NCBI GenBank assembly: GCA_977018835.1
Contig: OZ361259.1
Location: 3,100,001-3,164,000 of the forward strand
DNA from: Minutocellus sp. GHC0000111
Lineage: Eukaryota
Length of the DNA stretch: 64,000 bases
Direction: 5' to 3'
Shown here piece by piece: positions 45,018-56,653 of the stretch; position 1 is the stretch's first letter; every line of letters begins with the position of its first letter. The position numbers and the translations under genes were made by a program. Under the pieces are notes generated by a model. That model was given only the letters and a program-made list of their open reading frames with translations, ran no database searches and was not told the origin of the DNA.

Positions 45018-46943
45018 ATGGCAGGAGGAGAGCCCGTTAGGAATCCACTCCCGTCGTCGTCTTCGTCTTCGTCCAAAGCTCCTCGTCCACAGGTCGGAAC
45101 AGGAACAGTCCCTCGGCACCCAGCCGCTCCCGCAGCAAGAGCCGGAGCCGCAGCAGTGCGCCCCGTACCAGTACCAGGAGCACCGTCGGCAGGACCAGCG
45201 TCCGCCGCCGTCGCAGCAGCCACAGCCGCCAGGTCCTCCGCAGGACCAGCATCGATCGCCGCCGCCAAGGCAGCCGCGGCAGCTCGCGCCAGTTCTCAAG
45301 CCAAGGCAGCCGCCGCCGCCGCCGCCAAGGCAGCCGCCATCCGAGCCTCCTCGAGGGATCATCGGCCCACGTCCAAGAAGCGCGGTGCGTCCGACCTTAC
45401 CAGCACCATGGTCAACGCCGCCAACGCCAATTCGGCCTCCTCCGCCGCATCCGCCAAGGGGGGGGAGAACACCGGCCGCTGGACCGCCGAGGAGCACCGG
45501 CTCTTCCTGCAGGGACTCGAGCAGCACGGCAAGGGGTGGAAGAAGATCGCCTCCCTCATCAAATCCCGCACAGTCGTCCAGATCCGCACCCATGCGCAGA
45601 AGTACTTCCAGAAGCTCGCCAAGGCCCGGCAGAACGGGGAGGAGGGCGAGATCGCCATGGACGGACGAGGACCGGGCGGCGTCCACGGGGGGGGGATGGG
45701 GCCCCACGGCATGGGCGGCCCGGGCGGGGCCGGATCCAAGCGCCGCCGCCAGGCCAGCGGTACCAAGCGCAGGGCCATCTCGAGCGTCGTCGCCAGCGCG
45801 CAGAGGGAGGCCAAGAAGAGACAGAAACGAGAGACTACCAACGCCGCCAGTAGTGGTGGTGCTGCAGCAAGAGCTACTAGTACTACTGCAGGTGCGTCTA
45901 CGACTACTGCCACCACCAGTGCCAGCACGGCAAGCTCATCGGCTGCATCGACGCCGAGCTCGAGTCCACCCCCACCTCACGTGCCGATGGCCCCGGCCTT
46001 GGCACCCTTCGTTGCCAATCCACTCCCAGCTCCAGGAACGTTGCCAACACCCTCGACTTCTGCCGCAGCTGCGGCGGCAGGAATTTCCAACATCCCCGAC
46101 GGTGGTACCATCACCACTCCTCATGGCACCATCTCCACCTCTGCTCTGGAGGACACCCTCTTCCGATTCCTAACTCCCACCGAGGGCGCCACGGTCTACT
46201 TTCCGGCTCCAGCTGCCGCGTCGGCCACCCATCCAGGGGCCGACGTCGCTCGCAAGGCCGGCGCCAATCCCATCACTGTTCCAGGATCCGATTCTTCCGC
46301 AGTTCCCATCCTCGGTGGCGACATCAGCCCCACCGGCGTCACCGACGTCTGGACCGAATCGCGCGACGTCCCCTCGTGGTATGCGTCGGGCCAGGACGTC
46401 GATGAGCTCCTTCACGAGGCCGACGCTCTGGACTGGCTGTCCGACACGGGTGATCTGCACGAGACCTACATTCCCCCGCCGCCGTTCTCTGGCGTGATCA
46501 ATTCGGCCCACACTCGAAAGGCGAGCGCCGTCCCGAGAGCCGAGCCTTCCTCCGAGGATATCACCAAGGAGGTGATGCCCCCCATGCCCTCTGCGAGTCA
46601 GATGTTCAACACTGGAGCGACCGAGGAGAGCAGCGCCAAGTCCAACAGCGGTGCTGATCCTGCTCAGGCTCCCGCCACCGCCGCCATTGAAGGTGCTGGA
46701 TCCGACCTGAGCGATCCCGTCGAATCGCCTCTCAAGACCGCCCCGGCCATTGAGCCAGCCTCCTCGACCGCCAGCCTCTTTGCGTCGGCGACCGAAGCTG
46801 TTAATGCCACTCACGGAGCTCAGGCCGACCCTCACCTCGACGTGGATGTCTTCGATGCCCACCTCGATGAACAGGCCTTCGTCTCGGCCCTCCTGGACAA
46901 CGACCACAGCAACGAAGAGGAGTCCTTCCCCGCGATCCATTAG
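45018..46943 (+). CDS. Single-repeat MYB transcription factor, SHAQKYF class
   Basis: GRWTAEEHRLFLQGLEQHGKGWKKIASLIKSRTVVQIRTHAQKYFQK. Confidence 0.95.
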   Translation: MAGGEPVRNPLPSSSSSSSKAPRPQVGTGTVPRHPAAPAARAGAAAVRPVPVPGAPSAGPASAAVAAATAARSSAGPASIAAAKAAAAARASSQAKAAAAAAAKAAAIRASSRDHRPTSKKRGASDLTSTMVNAANANSASSAASAKGGENTGRWTAEEHRLFLQGLEQHGKGWKKIASLIKSRTVVQIRTHAQKYFQKLAKARQNGEEGEIAMDGRGPGGVHGGGMGPHGMGGPGGAGSKRRRQASGTKRRAISSVVASAQREAKKRQKRETTNAASSGGAAARATSTTAGASTTTATTSASTASSSAASTPSSSPPPPHVPMAPALAPFVANPLPAPGTLPTPSTSAAAAAAGISNIPDGGTITTPHGTISTSALEDTLFRFLTPTEGATVYFPAPAAASATHPGADVARKAGANPITVPGSDSSAVPILGGDISPTGVTDVWTESRDVPSWYASGQDVDELLHEADALDWLSDTGDLHETYIPPPPFSGVINSAHTRKASAVPRAEPSSEDITKEVMPPMPSASQMFNTGATEESSAKSNSGADPAQAPATAAIEGAGSDLSDPVESPLKTAPAIEPASSTASLFASATEAVNATHGAQADPHLDVDVFDAHLDEQAFVSALLDNDHSNEEESFPAIH

Positions 46944-47567
46944 TAGGGCAGTCTCCAGCCCACCCATACTGTCTGTTTTATTACTACAAGTTTCTTCAGC
47001 GAAGCATTGACTGAAGAGAGTGGAGGTAGCTTTCCAGAAGAAGAGATGAATATACGCACCGTCAAGATATCCAATTGCGCCATCCTTTCAGAAGGAAGCT
47101 TCGCCAAGATCCTGTATCACCATTGAACCTGCCTTTCGCTTTGCTACAAAAAAAAAATACTACAAAAATTGTTCAGTTTCATCAATACCATCAATCAAAA
47201 CAAAACACCAACTTCGACTCCTGCTTGAGTTACTCAAGGAGGGCGGACTCAATGTCTCTTTTTTTAGATTATTAGAGAGGAGAAGAAGAGAGAAAATCTT
47301 GTACCATGGTAACAGCAAAACATTTTGATCGATCGAGCCCAATGTAAAATTTCCACTTGCGGGGATAATATTTCTCGGCGTTCAACTGTTGACTCGAGTT
47401 AGAATAGAACTAATTTACGGTAGTAACGACCGAACGTTGAGAGCTATTCATGAATATGAGTTGGTGGATCGCAAGCAAAATCGCCGAGTTGATCTCCATC
47501 AGAATAAGGGGGTAAATCCCCAAATCATCCCTCGCGCAACCACCATTCATTTTTTGCCCGCGCGACC

Positions 47568-49079
47568 ATGGCGAACTCAAGCCCTTGCAGCCGCATACCG
47601 ACAGTGCCCGCCGAGGACTTGTTCCTTGATCAGGAGGAACGGTACGAGATCTTTACCGTCAAGGCCGCCGAACGGCCACACCTTGTCGCTTATCAAGAGC
47701 AACAGCCACATATCCCAACTCAACCCCAGAACTCCAACGCCGACATCCACGTGGCCACGACCAAGACCGATGAGGAAGAAGCTGCCGATCTTGATGAAGA
47801 AAAGAAGGATGATTGCGAACTCTCTGATCAGGCATGTGGTGAGAGTTCGATCAAAGATGAGCTTCCCCCACCGCTCGTTGATGGATGCGACCTTCCGGGT
47901 TTTAGATGCCATCGACTGGCTTACGATGCATCCTCAAACAAAATTGAAGGCATTCTCAACATTGGAGTAGGATCGACCCTTTTCCGAAGAGCAGATCAGC
48001 TATCGTATCCGTGTCGATCATCACGCAGTGGTAAATTTCAGACCAAGCTTATTGAAAGACTGACAGTGACACCGCCCTCACCCGAGATGGATGCGGAAAT
48101 TGTCGATTGCGACGAGTGTTCTCAATGCATAAATGACAACACATCAAAAGCCACTCGCTTTGCCATTGACTATGAGCAGCGCAATGTTCCAGCCAAGATT
48201 GTGGGAGCGACAAAGAAGTGGCCCGCAATGCCTACAAAGAGCAATGGGGGATGGACCTTTGACAATCTTGTGGAGCGGTTTGGCAACGTGGCGTGGCGCC
48301 TTTCGGATGTACATGGCGAAATGCTGACTCTTCAAACATACAACAAATTCATCTCGACAGTGGAGGGTCAGACAGACGATAGTCCCCTGGCAATATATGA
48401 TGCAGAATTTGGCGACGAGGATAGCCCCACATCGGTCTTGCTTAGTGAGTACGAGGTACCAACTTGCTTCAGTCCAGATTTATTTGATTTGGCAATTCCT
48501 TCTGGAGATACAGATTCTGATGATGATGACGAGGATGCACGACCTCCATACCGCTGGATATTGATAGGACCAGAGCGCTCTGGAACTGGCCTTCATGTCG
48601 ATCCACTCTGGACAAATGCATGGGTGACTGTATTGCAGGGTTTGAAGCGCTGGCTCCTCTTTCCTCCGTGCACACCTCATGAAGAGATTGGCATGATTGA
48701 TGGACAGCCCCAAATTTCGAGTTCGATATGGTTTCGTGACTACTATGACAAGGTTATGTCACCGGATTGGCCTAAAGAGTGGAGACCGGTGGAAGTATTG
48801 CAACATCCGGGAGAGACTGTGTTTGTGCCAAATGGATGGCCCCATTTGGTCCTGAATCTGAAATTAACGGTCGCGGTTACACACAATTATGCCTCTGAAT
48901 TTGGGCCTTTCGAGCGAATGTGGCGTGAGGTTGCCACCGATAAGCCTCAATTTGCGAAGCGATGGTATGCCGGCATGCTGTTACATCGCCCAGACTTGGC
49001 CGAAAGAGTGTGGGTATATCACAGTAAGGCAGTTGTTGATAAAGAGGAATGGGCATTGGAATACGGTGGAATAGTGTGA
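47568..49079 (+). CDS. JmjC-domain dioxygenase, JMJD6-like
   Basis: DDSPLAIYDAEF, RPPYRWILIGPERSGTGLHVDPLWTNAW, GLKRWLLFPP, PGETVFVPNGWPHLVLNL, AVTHNY. Confidence 0.92.
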   Translation: MANSSPCSRIPTVPAEDLFLDQEERYEIFTVKAAERPHLVAYQEQQPHIPTQPQNSNADIHVATTKTDEEEAADLDEEKKDDCELSDQACGESSIKDELPPPLVDGCDLPGFRCHRLAYDASSNKIEGILNIGVGSTLFRRADQLSYPCRSSRSGKFQTKLIERLTVTPPSPEMDAEIVDCDECSQCINDNTSKATRFAIDYEQRNVPAKIVGATKKWPAMPTKSNGGWTFDNLVERFGNVAWRLSDVHGEMLTLQTYNKFISTVEGQTDDSPLAIYDAEFGDEDSPTSVLLSEYEVPTCFSPDLFDLAIPSGDTDSDDDDEDARPPYRWILIGPERSGTGLHVDPLWTNAWVTVLQGLKRWLLFPPCTPHEEIGMIDGQPQISSSIWFRDYYDKVMSPDWPKEWRPVEVLQHPGETVFVPNGWPHLVLNLKLTVAVTHNYASEFGPFERMWREVATDKPQFAKRWYAGMLLHRPDLAERVWVYHSKAVVDKEEWALEYGGIV

Positions 49080-49370
49080 TGCGAATCATTGACCTCCACG
49101 TGTCCATTCGATCGTATTGAAAACTCCGGTGGGATTGATTTTTGTCGAAGTAGGCCATTTGAGTGAGTGTGATTCAATGCCCTCCAGATGGAACCCGTCG
49201 TGCATACCTCCAACTGGAACAAATTGACCGATTCACACCATTGCCAACGTTACTGGTCTCATAAATTGCTCCTTGCAATCAAAACAAAAGCTCACAATAG
49301 CAAGAAATTGCCTCTACCAACAATAAAATCCAACAAAGTACGATCTAATCACCAAACAATATCAACAACC

Positions 49371-51688
49371 ATGCCCTTCCGTCACCGCAACCGCCGTCGT
49401 CTTGACTCCAAACGAAAGAAGAAAAAGGGAGGATGTGGACGAGGATTCGTCATCTGTCTTCTTCTCTTGTCTTTCATTGGCCTCCTCTTCGTGCCGTCAG
49501 TCCTCGCCCGATCCCCGTCGAACGGTGCAGATGAAAACTCTCCCATTATCGGCATCGATCTTGGTACCACTTACTCCTGCGTGGGTGTCTTCAAGGATGG
49601 GAAAGTCGATATTATTGCCAACGATCAGGGCAATCGCATCACTCCTTCGTACGTCGCCTTCACCGAAACCGGGGAACGTCTCGTCGGCGATGCCGCCAAA
49701 AACCAAGCCACCATCAATCCCAAGAATACTCTGTTTGACGCCAAGCGCTTGATAGGTCGAAAATACTCTGATAAGACAGTACAGGCAGATATGAAGCATC
49801 TTCCCTATGAGCTGACCTCTGGGGTAGGTGGCAAGCCTTATATCAAGGTCAACCAGAGTGGTAAAGATGCCAAACTAGCACCCGAAGAAGTGTCTGCATT
49901 CGTCCCTCAAAAGATGAAGGCCACGGCCGAGGCCTACCTTGGCCAGGAGGTTAAGAGAGCAGTCATCACCGTACCGGCATACTTCAACAATGCACAGAAG
50001 GTAAGGCCCAAAGCTTTTTGGTCGTTCTGGTATTTCGTACATTTACCTATCGGTTCTGTATTGTGGTCTTTTACTCATTCATTTATCTGCTGGATTTTTC
50101 TCGTCTCCTCGTTCATGTACTCCTTATCGACTATCAACAGGAAGCCACCAAGGACGCCGGACGAATTGCTGGTCTTGAGGTGGAGAGGATTATCAACGAA
50201 CCCACCGCCGCTGCCCTCGCCTACGGTCTCAATGAGAAGCAAGGCCGCGAGGAGAAAACCATTCTTGTCTTTGATCTCGGTGGCGGCACCTTCGACGTTA
50301 CCCTACTATCTGTCGACGAGGGTGCCTTTGAGGTTCTATCTACCAACGGTAACACCCACCTCGGCGGTGAAGACTTTGACCAACGTGTGATGCAGTACTA
50401 CTCCAAGATGATCAAGAAGAAGACCGGGGTTGATATCACCGGTAACGATCGCGCACTTCAAAAGCTTCGTAAGGAGACGGAGCGCGTCAAGCATGCTCTT
50501 TCATCGCAGAAGCAAGCTCGGGTGGAGATTGAGGATATTGTCCCAGGACATGATTTATCCGAGACTTTGACCAGAGCTCGATTCGAAGAGCTCAATGCCG
50601 ATCTCTTCAAATCTACACTCGACCCTGTCAAGCAGGTGTTGAAGGACGCCGATGTGAGCAAGGCAGATGTCGATGAAATCGTTCTAGTAGGAGGCTCCAC
50701 TCGCATTCCCAAGGTCCAGCAGCTCCTCGAGGATTTCTTTGATGGCAAGCAGACGAACAAGTCGGTGAATGCCGATGAAGTGAGTAGAAAAGATTGAGCT
50801 AAATTTACATGTTCCATTATTGTGATCTTTGAGTGTGGAGAATGGCGGCATCTCATTTTTCCTCACTCGTTCATTTATCTTTTCGTCCAAATGTCACAGG
50901 CCGTTGCATTCGGTGCCGCTGTCCAAGGTGCCATATTGGGCGGGGTTTACCACGAAGCCATCAACGACGTGATTCTGATCGATGCTATTCCATTGTCTCT
51001 TGGTATTAAGACCGTCGGCGGCGTCATGACCAAGTTGATTCCCAAGGGTACGGCGATGCCTAGCAAGAAGGGTCAAACGTTCTCAACGAATCAAGACAAT
51101 CAGCCCGCCGTCTTAATTCAGGAATTTGAAGGGGAACGCACCATGTCCAGGGATAACCATCTTCTTGGAAAGTTTGAGCTTACTGGTCTACCGCCGGCTC
51201 CTCGTGGCGTTCCCCAGATCGATGTCACCTTTCAAGTTGATGCCAATGGACTGCTCCAAGTCCAGGCTGTCGACAAGGGTTCCGGCAAGGCTGAGAACAT
51301 TAGTATTACGGCTGATAAGGGTCGGCTCTCTGAGGAGGAGATTGAGCGCATGGTCCAGGAGGCCGAACAATACGCCGAAGAAGATCGACTTGTCAAGGAA
51401 CGCATCGATGCCAAGAATGGCCTCGAATCTTATCTGAAGAACACCCTGGAAGATGGTGCCGAAAAATTGTCGGCTGAGGATCGTAAGGATCTTGCAGACA
51501 TTGTCGATGAGACATTGGATTGGATGGATGATAATCCAGCTGTCGAAAAGGAGGAGTGTCTCGAGAAGCAGAAGGAGGTGGAGCAGATTGCCAATCCTAT
51601 AATGAGAAATTTTTACTCGAACGGCGGTGGTGGTGACGATGGATATGGTAGTGGCGGCGACGATGACTTTGGCGATGATGAGTTGTAA
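49371..51688 (+). CDS. BiP: ER luminal Hsp70 (BiP) paralog; introns 50001-50140 and 50780-50899
   Basis: [63 protein letters not shown]-terminal hydrophobic signal and C-terminal DDEL; both GT-AG introns keep the frame. Confidence 0.92.
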
Positions 51689-52600
51689 GAGGTACCAGTA
51701 GGTGCCGTGTGTAGTAATTCCTAACACCAATATGCTTAGAACTCCGTAGATCTAGAGTACATGTAGCTCAATCTACAGCTGTAGATCTACCGGTACCGGT
51801 ACTTCTCGCACACAATGAACTACTGGTAACTTGCTCGCTTCGCTTGGCGAGAGCGGGACTAATAAGAGGCTCAGATCGGGACTAAAGTAGCGTACGTAGA
51901 AATAAATCGAAAAAATTGGTTCACAAGCGGGGCTCGGCCTCGTCCGGCGTCACAGACGGTGGTCAAAAAAGTGAGAGCACTTCAGTCAGTCTCATGGCGC
52001 ATCTCCACCGTTGGTGTGAGTATAATACAGCTCAAAAATTTGAACCACGTGGGCATTAAAGACAGAGAGGCAGAGTGAGCAGTGGAACGGTTGAAGAAGT
52101 GAGTTGGTTGCCTCTCTACCATTATCTCATTTCGTTGGCCCCCGTTCCGTGCCTCTCGGCCGTGCGTTATCCGGTTGTGCCGATCGGTCGGAACTTGTCA
52201 CGGCAACACGACTAAGTTAGCCGTAGGTCCACTGGGCCTGATTTGCAGCCCCTCCAGCTCGTGCCTGGTATTCGTACCGCGCACAAAGCACGAAGCGTTC
52301 CGTTCCAGCTCGTCTCGTCGGATTGGCTGGTCAGAACGCAAAAGCGACACGTCTTGTGTTGTATTTATTCTCGCTGCACGCTACCTACCGCCTGCCTTTT
52401 CAGGCCTAAATTGCAAAACGGCACTGGCCCGGAAGAATCTCCTCCCCTTGGACCCCACCCTTTCGAAAGAAGACGAAGCCCCACTCGTGACCACCGAATT
52501 CTGATTGCAGGCTGGGTTTGCTTGAGTTTGAGTTGGTTGTCGTCCCTCTTGTGAGAGTAGTGAGCTCGGTCAGTGTCAGCACAACAGTCCAAAGGAAGTC

Positions 52601-55159
52601 ATGTCGGCGTCCTACAGCAACCAGCACCAGCGCCGGCCGGTGACGCCGGAGCGGTACGACTCGTACGACGAGGAGAACAGCACCATGGCCAGCAGCGCCT
52701 ACGAGGAGCTGCAGATGCGACATCAGCGGCACCGGCAGTATCATCAACAGCAGCAGCAACAACAACAGGCCCGGGCCAAGGCCCAGGCGCGCAAGAGGCG
52801 GCAGGGCGAAAGTCCGACGTCGGTCGGGTCCGTCGAGGACGACCTGCTGTCGTCGGTGGAGCGGTTCGGGGAATTGATCTTGTCGTCGTGCGGGATGGAG
52901 GATTGTATCGGACCGAGCGGCGGCGGCATGGGCGGCAACGGCTGTGTCAGAGCGGCGGCGGCAGCGACAATAGCAGGAGCAACGAATCACAATCATCGAT
53001 CTCGTCGTCGCGGCAGCGCGGGTACCGGCGGAGTTCCCCCTCCAGCTCCCCGGCCGGCCTCGCCGACGTTCAGCGTTGGGTCCAAGGGTTCGGTATCGCT
53101 GAATTCCAACTATTCGCCCGATTTGTTCTCAGGCGGCAGTCCTCCCTCCAGCCCTGCTGGTAGCCGAGGTTCCGTGGGAGGAGGATATGCCAGACCCCCA
53201 CGGTCATCCGCCTCCTCTCCCTCCTCCTCTCCCCTCTCGTCGGTGGTGCATTCCAAGGCCTTCCCGCCCCTGCGCAACACCGTATCGTCCGCAGAACGAT
53301 TCCAGAACGGCACCGCCGAGGACGTGGTGGCGACTTACTTCCACGACCGGGCCGGCCGATCGATGGGACGGTTCCACATGGAGCGCGGAGACGACGCCGT
53401 CCGCTTCGGGCGGTGGACGCGCCTGCCCATGGCGGAATATCGTCTGGACCGGGCCCGGAGCGACGTCAGCACGACGGCGGCGTCGGGATTTGGCGGTTTC
53501 GGAGGTGGTGGAGGACAGCATCACCGACCAACTCCCTCGGCGACTGCGGCAACCACGTCGTCCCTGTTGGATGCTGCCAGTGGTAGGACGAGGAGGCCAC
53601 CGTCGCGCCTCCCGTCCAAGACGTCCGTGGCTGGCGTCGGTGGTGGACCGTCCCTGTCGCTATTGGGAGACGTCCCACCCTTCCTTCTGTCCCGGCCGGC
53701 CATGGAGCGGCATGGGACCTTCCGCACTCCCGTCCGAGTTCCCGCCGCGGGAATGTCGGTCACGGAGGTGTCCATAGTCCAACGATTGTTCCATCTTAGT
53801 GGCAAGACGAGTCAGAGGAGTAGCAGCAGCACCGCAGGCAGCAAGAGTGGTGGCGGCGAGGACGATACCATTTATGTCATTGAATCGGTCCTGAGGCTGC
53901 TGGACGTGCCCTACTCCGATAGGTTCCGGGTCGTGATGAGACAGACGATCAATACCGAGCATTGGACGACCGTCGCGGCCGAGCCGACCATTGACGAGTG
54001 CCTTGCTTGCTCTATTCCCCTGATGAGCGGCATGACGAATCGACATGCCGCAGCTGCGACAGAGAACCCCAACGGCGGAAGGAGCACTCCCCTCTCCCCC
54101 TCCATGAACAAGATGATGTCCACCGCCAACGTTCGGTTGGAATTTGAGATCCAGTTCCACCGCACGTGCATGTACGAGGATCGCATCCGGAGGATGCTCG
54201 CCAAGAAGATCAACAAGCTCATGCTGTCCTGGTGCCTGTGGGCGCAGGATGGGTGGGCCGAAGATCGGTGGGCTGCCATGGCAGCGTCGGTGTTTGGAGG
54301 CGCCTCCTCGACCCGCATGTGCATGGGTGTACCACTGGCATCTCTTCCTGTCGGTGCCTGCTCCCGCCTCGCCGGTGGCTGTGTTGATGCCGATAATGGG
54401 TCTGTAGTGAGCGGCGGTGGAGGTACCCCTTCTGCCAGTGCTCGAGGTGCCCCTCGACCCAAGAAGTGGCAATCACTGTCCAAGAGAAACGACTCGTTCT
54501 TGCTCTGGTCAATGACGGATATTGATGAGCAAGACGATGAGGATGACATTGTCATCGAAGACGAAGGCAGTTTGGCCAGCGATATGAGCAATGTTGGGTT
54601 ACATCGCCTCGAATGGCGCAATAGAAGTCTCACCGGGAAGGAGCATGTTAGCAGCATTGCGTCGACGTCCGACAATTATGCCGCTCCTCCTGCCGGACCT
54701 GACGTCACCCGAGAGCCCTCCACGAAAGGAGACTCCAACGAAAATGATCGAAGCTCCTATCGAGGCCAAGGCATTGAGCTATGTCTCTCAGACGTAGACG
54801 ATGAAGATTATGCACCGACGTTGCCACCTCGATCTCCAAGGCCGACCGGCACAAGCCTTCCTGCCGGTATTGCAAACGGCCTATCTCCCCAAGGAGTCGA
54901 GGTAGTTTATGTATCCGACGGCACTATTGATTCTCCCGTTGTCCAGAGATCAAAAAATACCGGTGGAAAGGTCGCCACCGAAACAGCTGCTGCTGTGGCA
55001 GGTGAGATCTCTCTTCCCGATCTAAATCAACGAATGGCCTCCGCGGCATCTACCCCTCCTCTCGGCAAGCCCCGAAGTAAGGGTGGCTTCCAGCGACGAA
55101 AGCACGTGTTTGGTCGCAAAAAGCCAAAGGTTCTGGATGGAGACGAGACAGACATATGA
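52601..55159 (+). CDS. VASt (StART-like lipid-transfer) domain-containing protein
   Basis: YVIESVLRLLDVPYSDRFRVVMR and VRLEFEIQFHRTCMYEDRI resemble the VASt DVPYxDxF region; flanks are low complexity. Confidence 0.6.
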   Translation: MSASYSNQHQRRPVTPERYDSYDEENSTMASSAYEELQMRHQRHRQYHQQQQQQQQARAKAQARKRRQGESPTSVGSVEDDLLSSVERFGELILSSCGMEDCIGPSGGGMGGNGCVRAAAAATIAGATNHNHRSRRRGSAGTGGVPPPAPRPASPTFSVGSKGSVSLNSNYSPDLFSGGSPPSSPAGSRGSVGGGYARPPRSSASSPSSSPLSSVVHSKAFPPLRNTVSSAERFQNGTAEDVVATYFHDRAGRSMGRFHMERGDDAVRFGRWTRLPMAEYRLDRARSDVSTTAASGFGGFGGGGGQHHRPTPSATAATTSSLLDAASGRTRRPPSRLPSKTSVAGVGGGPSLSLLGDVPPFLLSRPAMERHGTFRTPVRVPAAGMSVTEVSIVQRLFHLSGKTSQRSSSSTAGSKSGGGEDDTIYVIESVLRLLDVPYSDRFRVVMRQTINTEHWTTVAAEPTIDECLACSIPLMSGMTNRHAAAATENPNGGRSTPLSPSMNKMMSTANVRLEFEIQFHRTCMYEDRIRRMLAKKINKLMLSWCLWAQDGWAEDRWAAMAASVFGGASSTRMCMGVPLASLPVGACSRLAGGCVDADNGSVVSGGGGTPSASARGAPRPKKWQSLSKRNDSFLLWSMTDIDEQDDEDDIVIEDEGSLASDMSNVGLHRLEWRNRSLTGKEHVSSIASTSDNYAAPPAGPDVTREPSTKGDSNENDRSSYRGQGIELCLSDVDDEDYAPTLPPRSPRPTGTSLPAGIANGLSPQGVEVVYVSDGTIDSPVVQRSKNTGGKVATETAAAVAGEISLPDLNQRMASAASTPPLGKPRSKGGFQRRKHVFGRKKPKVLDGDETDI

Positions 55160-55491
55160 GACAAAGACCCGAAAAGATAGATTAAAGGTATAGATCTAGT
55201 GTAGCTAGGTTATAATATAATTTTTATAACTTAGTAGTGGACACTTCCGTTCGGGAATTTCTCTCGCTGATACTTACCATTGGTAGATCACAAGCGTTTA
55301 GTTCATGCTCACCAAGGTGGTACGTTGGCGAGCTTTTCTTTGGTGGTGGCATGACATATTTCGGTATTTTGGCATGGACAGACACAGAGATCATGGTGGA
55401 TATAGCTACAAGTACAGGAACACGTGAATATATTCAAAGTGGTGTGAGGTTTTCATGTACAAGTTCTTACTTTGATTAAACTAATTTATGT

Positions 55492-56181
55492 TTAGGCGGC
55501 CATGTTTGACCAGGGGCACCTAACACTAGCATCGACGATGCTGCTCAACGTGGTGTTCTTTTTGGAAATAGTCGAAGTCTTTTTATTGTTCAACACCTTT
55601 GCCGATGCCCTGCTTCTTGCCATGACGAGGTTTCTCGAAATGGCATTGCTCAAGGAAGACATTTCATCTTCCTCTTGTTGAACATTGCAAGTAGCGGGTG
55701 CTTTATCTTTTTCTCTTGTTGCACATGTAGAAACAGACATCTGAGCTGATCTCGCATAGTTGGCGTCGGCCTCGGCCAGTCGAAGAGCTCTCTCGGTCGA
55801 TGCTCTGGAAATGTACAACGATGCCTGACGAATGGCCTCGGGGTTGGGAGTCCAGCTGTTCTGGTATTGGTCATCTTGCTCGTCGAGGACGGCATTGCAG
55901 ACGCTGCGCTTGATGGCTTCGCGCGTTCGCTTCGTGGCCGGAGTGCGATGGTGTTCGAGACCACGCTCGCACATTTGGTTTTCTTCGGTGACTTGAGACG
56001 GACAGTTTCGCATGCATTTAATAGTTTCCTTGGCCTCCCGTTGGGCTAAGTGCTTCTCGTGTGGCAGAATCCAAGTGGCACCAATTTCCTCGTCGGTCAT
56101 GTCCAGGATGCCAATGTGATGAACGATCATTGTCGTTGGGGCGAAGGTAATGGTGCGAGAGCGGCGATTCGAATTCGGCAT
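55492..56181 (-). CDS. Diatom 'CxRGLE' family protein (copy 2)
   Basis: ITFAP...HHI..LDMTDEEIGATWI...EAKETIKCM...CERGLEH...NAVLDEQDDQ. Confidence 0.75.
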   Translation of the reverse strand: MPNSNRRSRTITFAPTTMIVHHIGILDMTDEEIGATWILPHEKHLAQREAKETIKCMRNCPSQVTEENQMCERGLEHHRTPATKRTREAIKRSVCNAVLDEQDDQYQNSWTPNPEAIRQASLYISRASTERALRLAEADANYARSAQMSVSTCATREKDKAPATCNVQQEEDEMSSLSNAISRNLVMARSRASAKVLNNKKTSTISKKNTTLSSIVDASVRCPWSNMAA

Positions 56182-56653
56182 GATGGTTGCTACGTAAAAG
56201 TTTGTCTTTTTGGTGTTGGGCGAAGAGAGGATATGACCGAAGAATGGTTGGCGTTCAGAGTAGCAGCCAATGCAGTTGTGTGGCCAGGTACACGAAATGC
56301 GGCCTCGCCATAAATGCCCGGCTTGCGGCGGCACCAGATGGTCATTCTGCTTGTGTGCGTGCGGTGCAGAAACGCTGAGAGGATTGAATTTATCCCAGCC
56401 TGTTTTGATCTGACGCAAGAGTTGCCTTCGATAATGTATTTTGCTACACATTGAACAGCCCTTTCAGAAACGTTCTTCGTATAAAATAGCCTCGTATCCC
56501 GTTGTTATGTTCAAACCAATGACCTTGCCTTGTACATTTCAGTCTGTCCGCCGTCGCGATCGTATCCATCCAATTCTCTCGAGCGAAGCGGCGAGAGCGA
56601 TGGATATCGGCAACCCCAAAAATCGTACACGTAGAAACAGCAGTAGTAGCACC

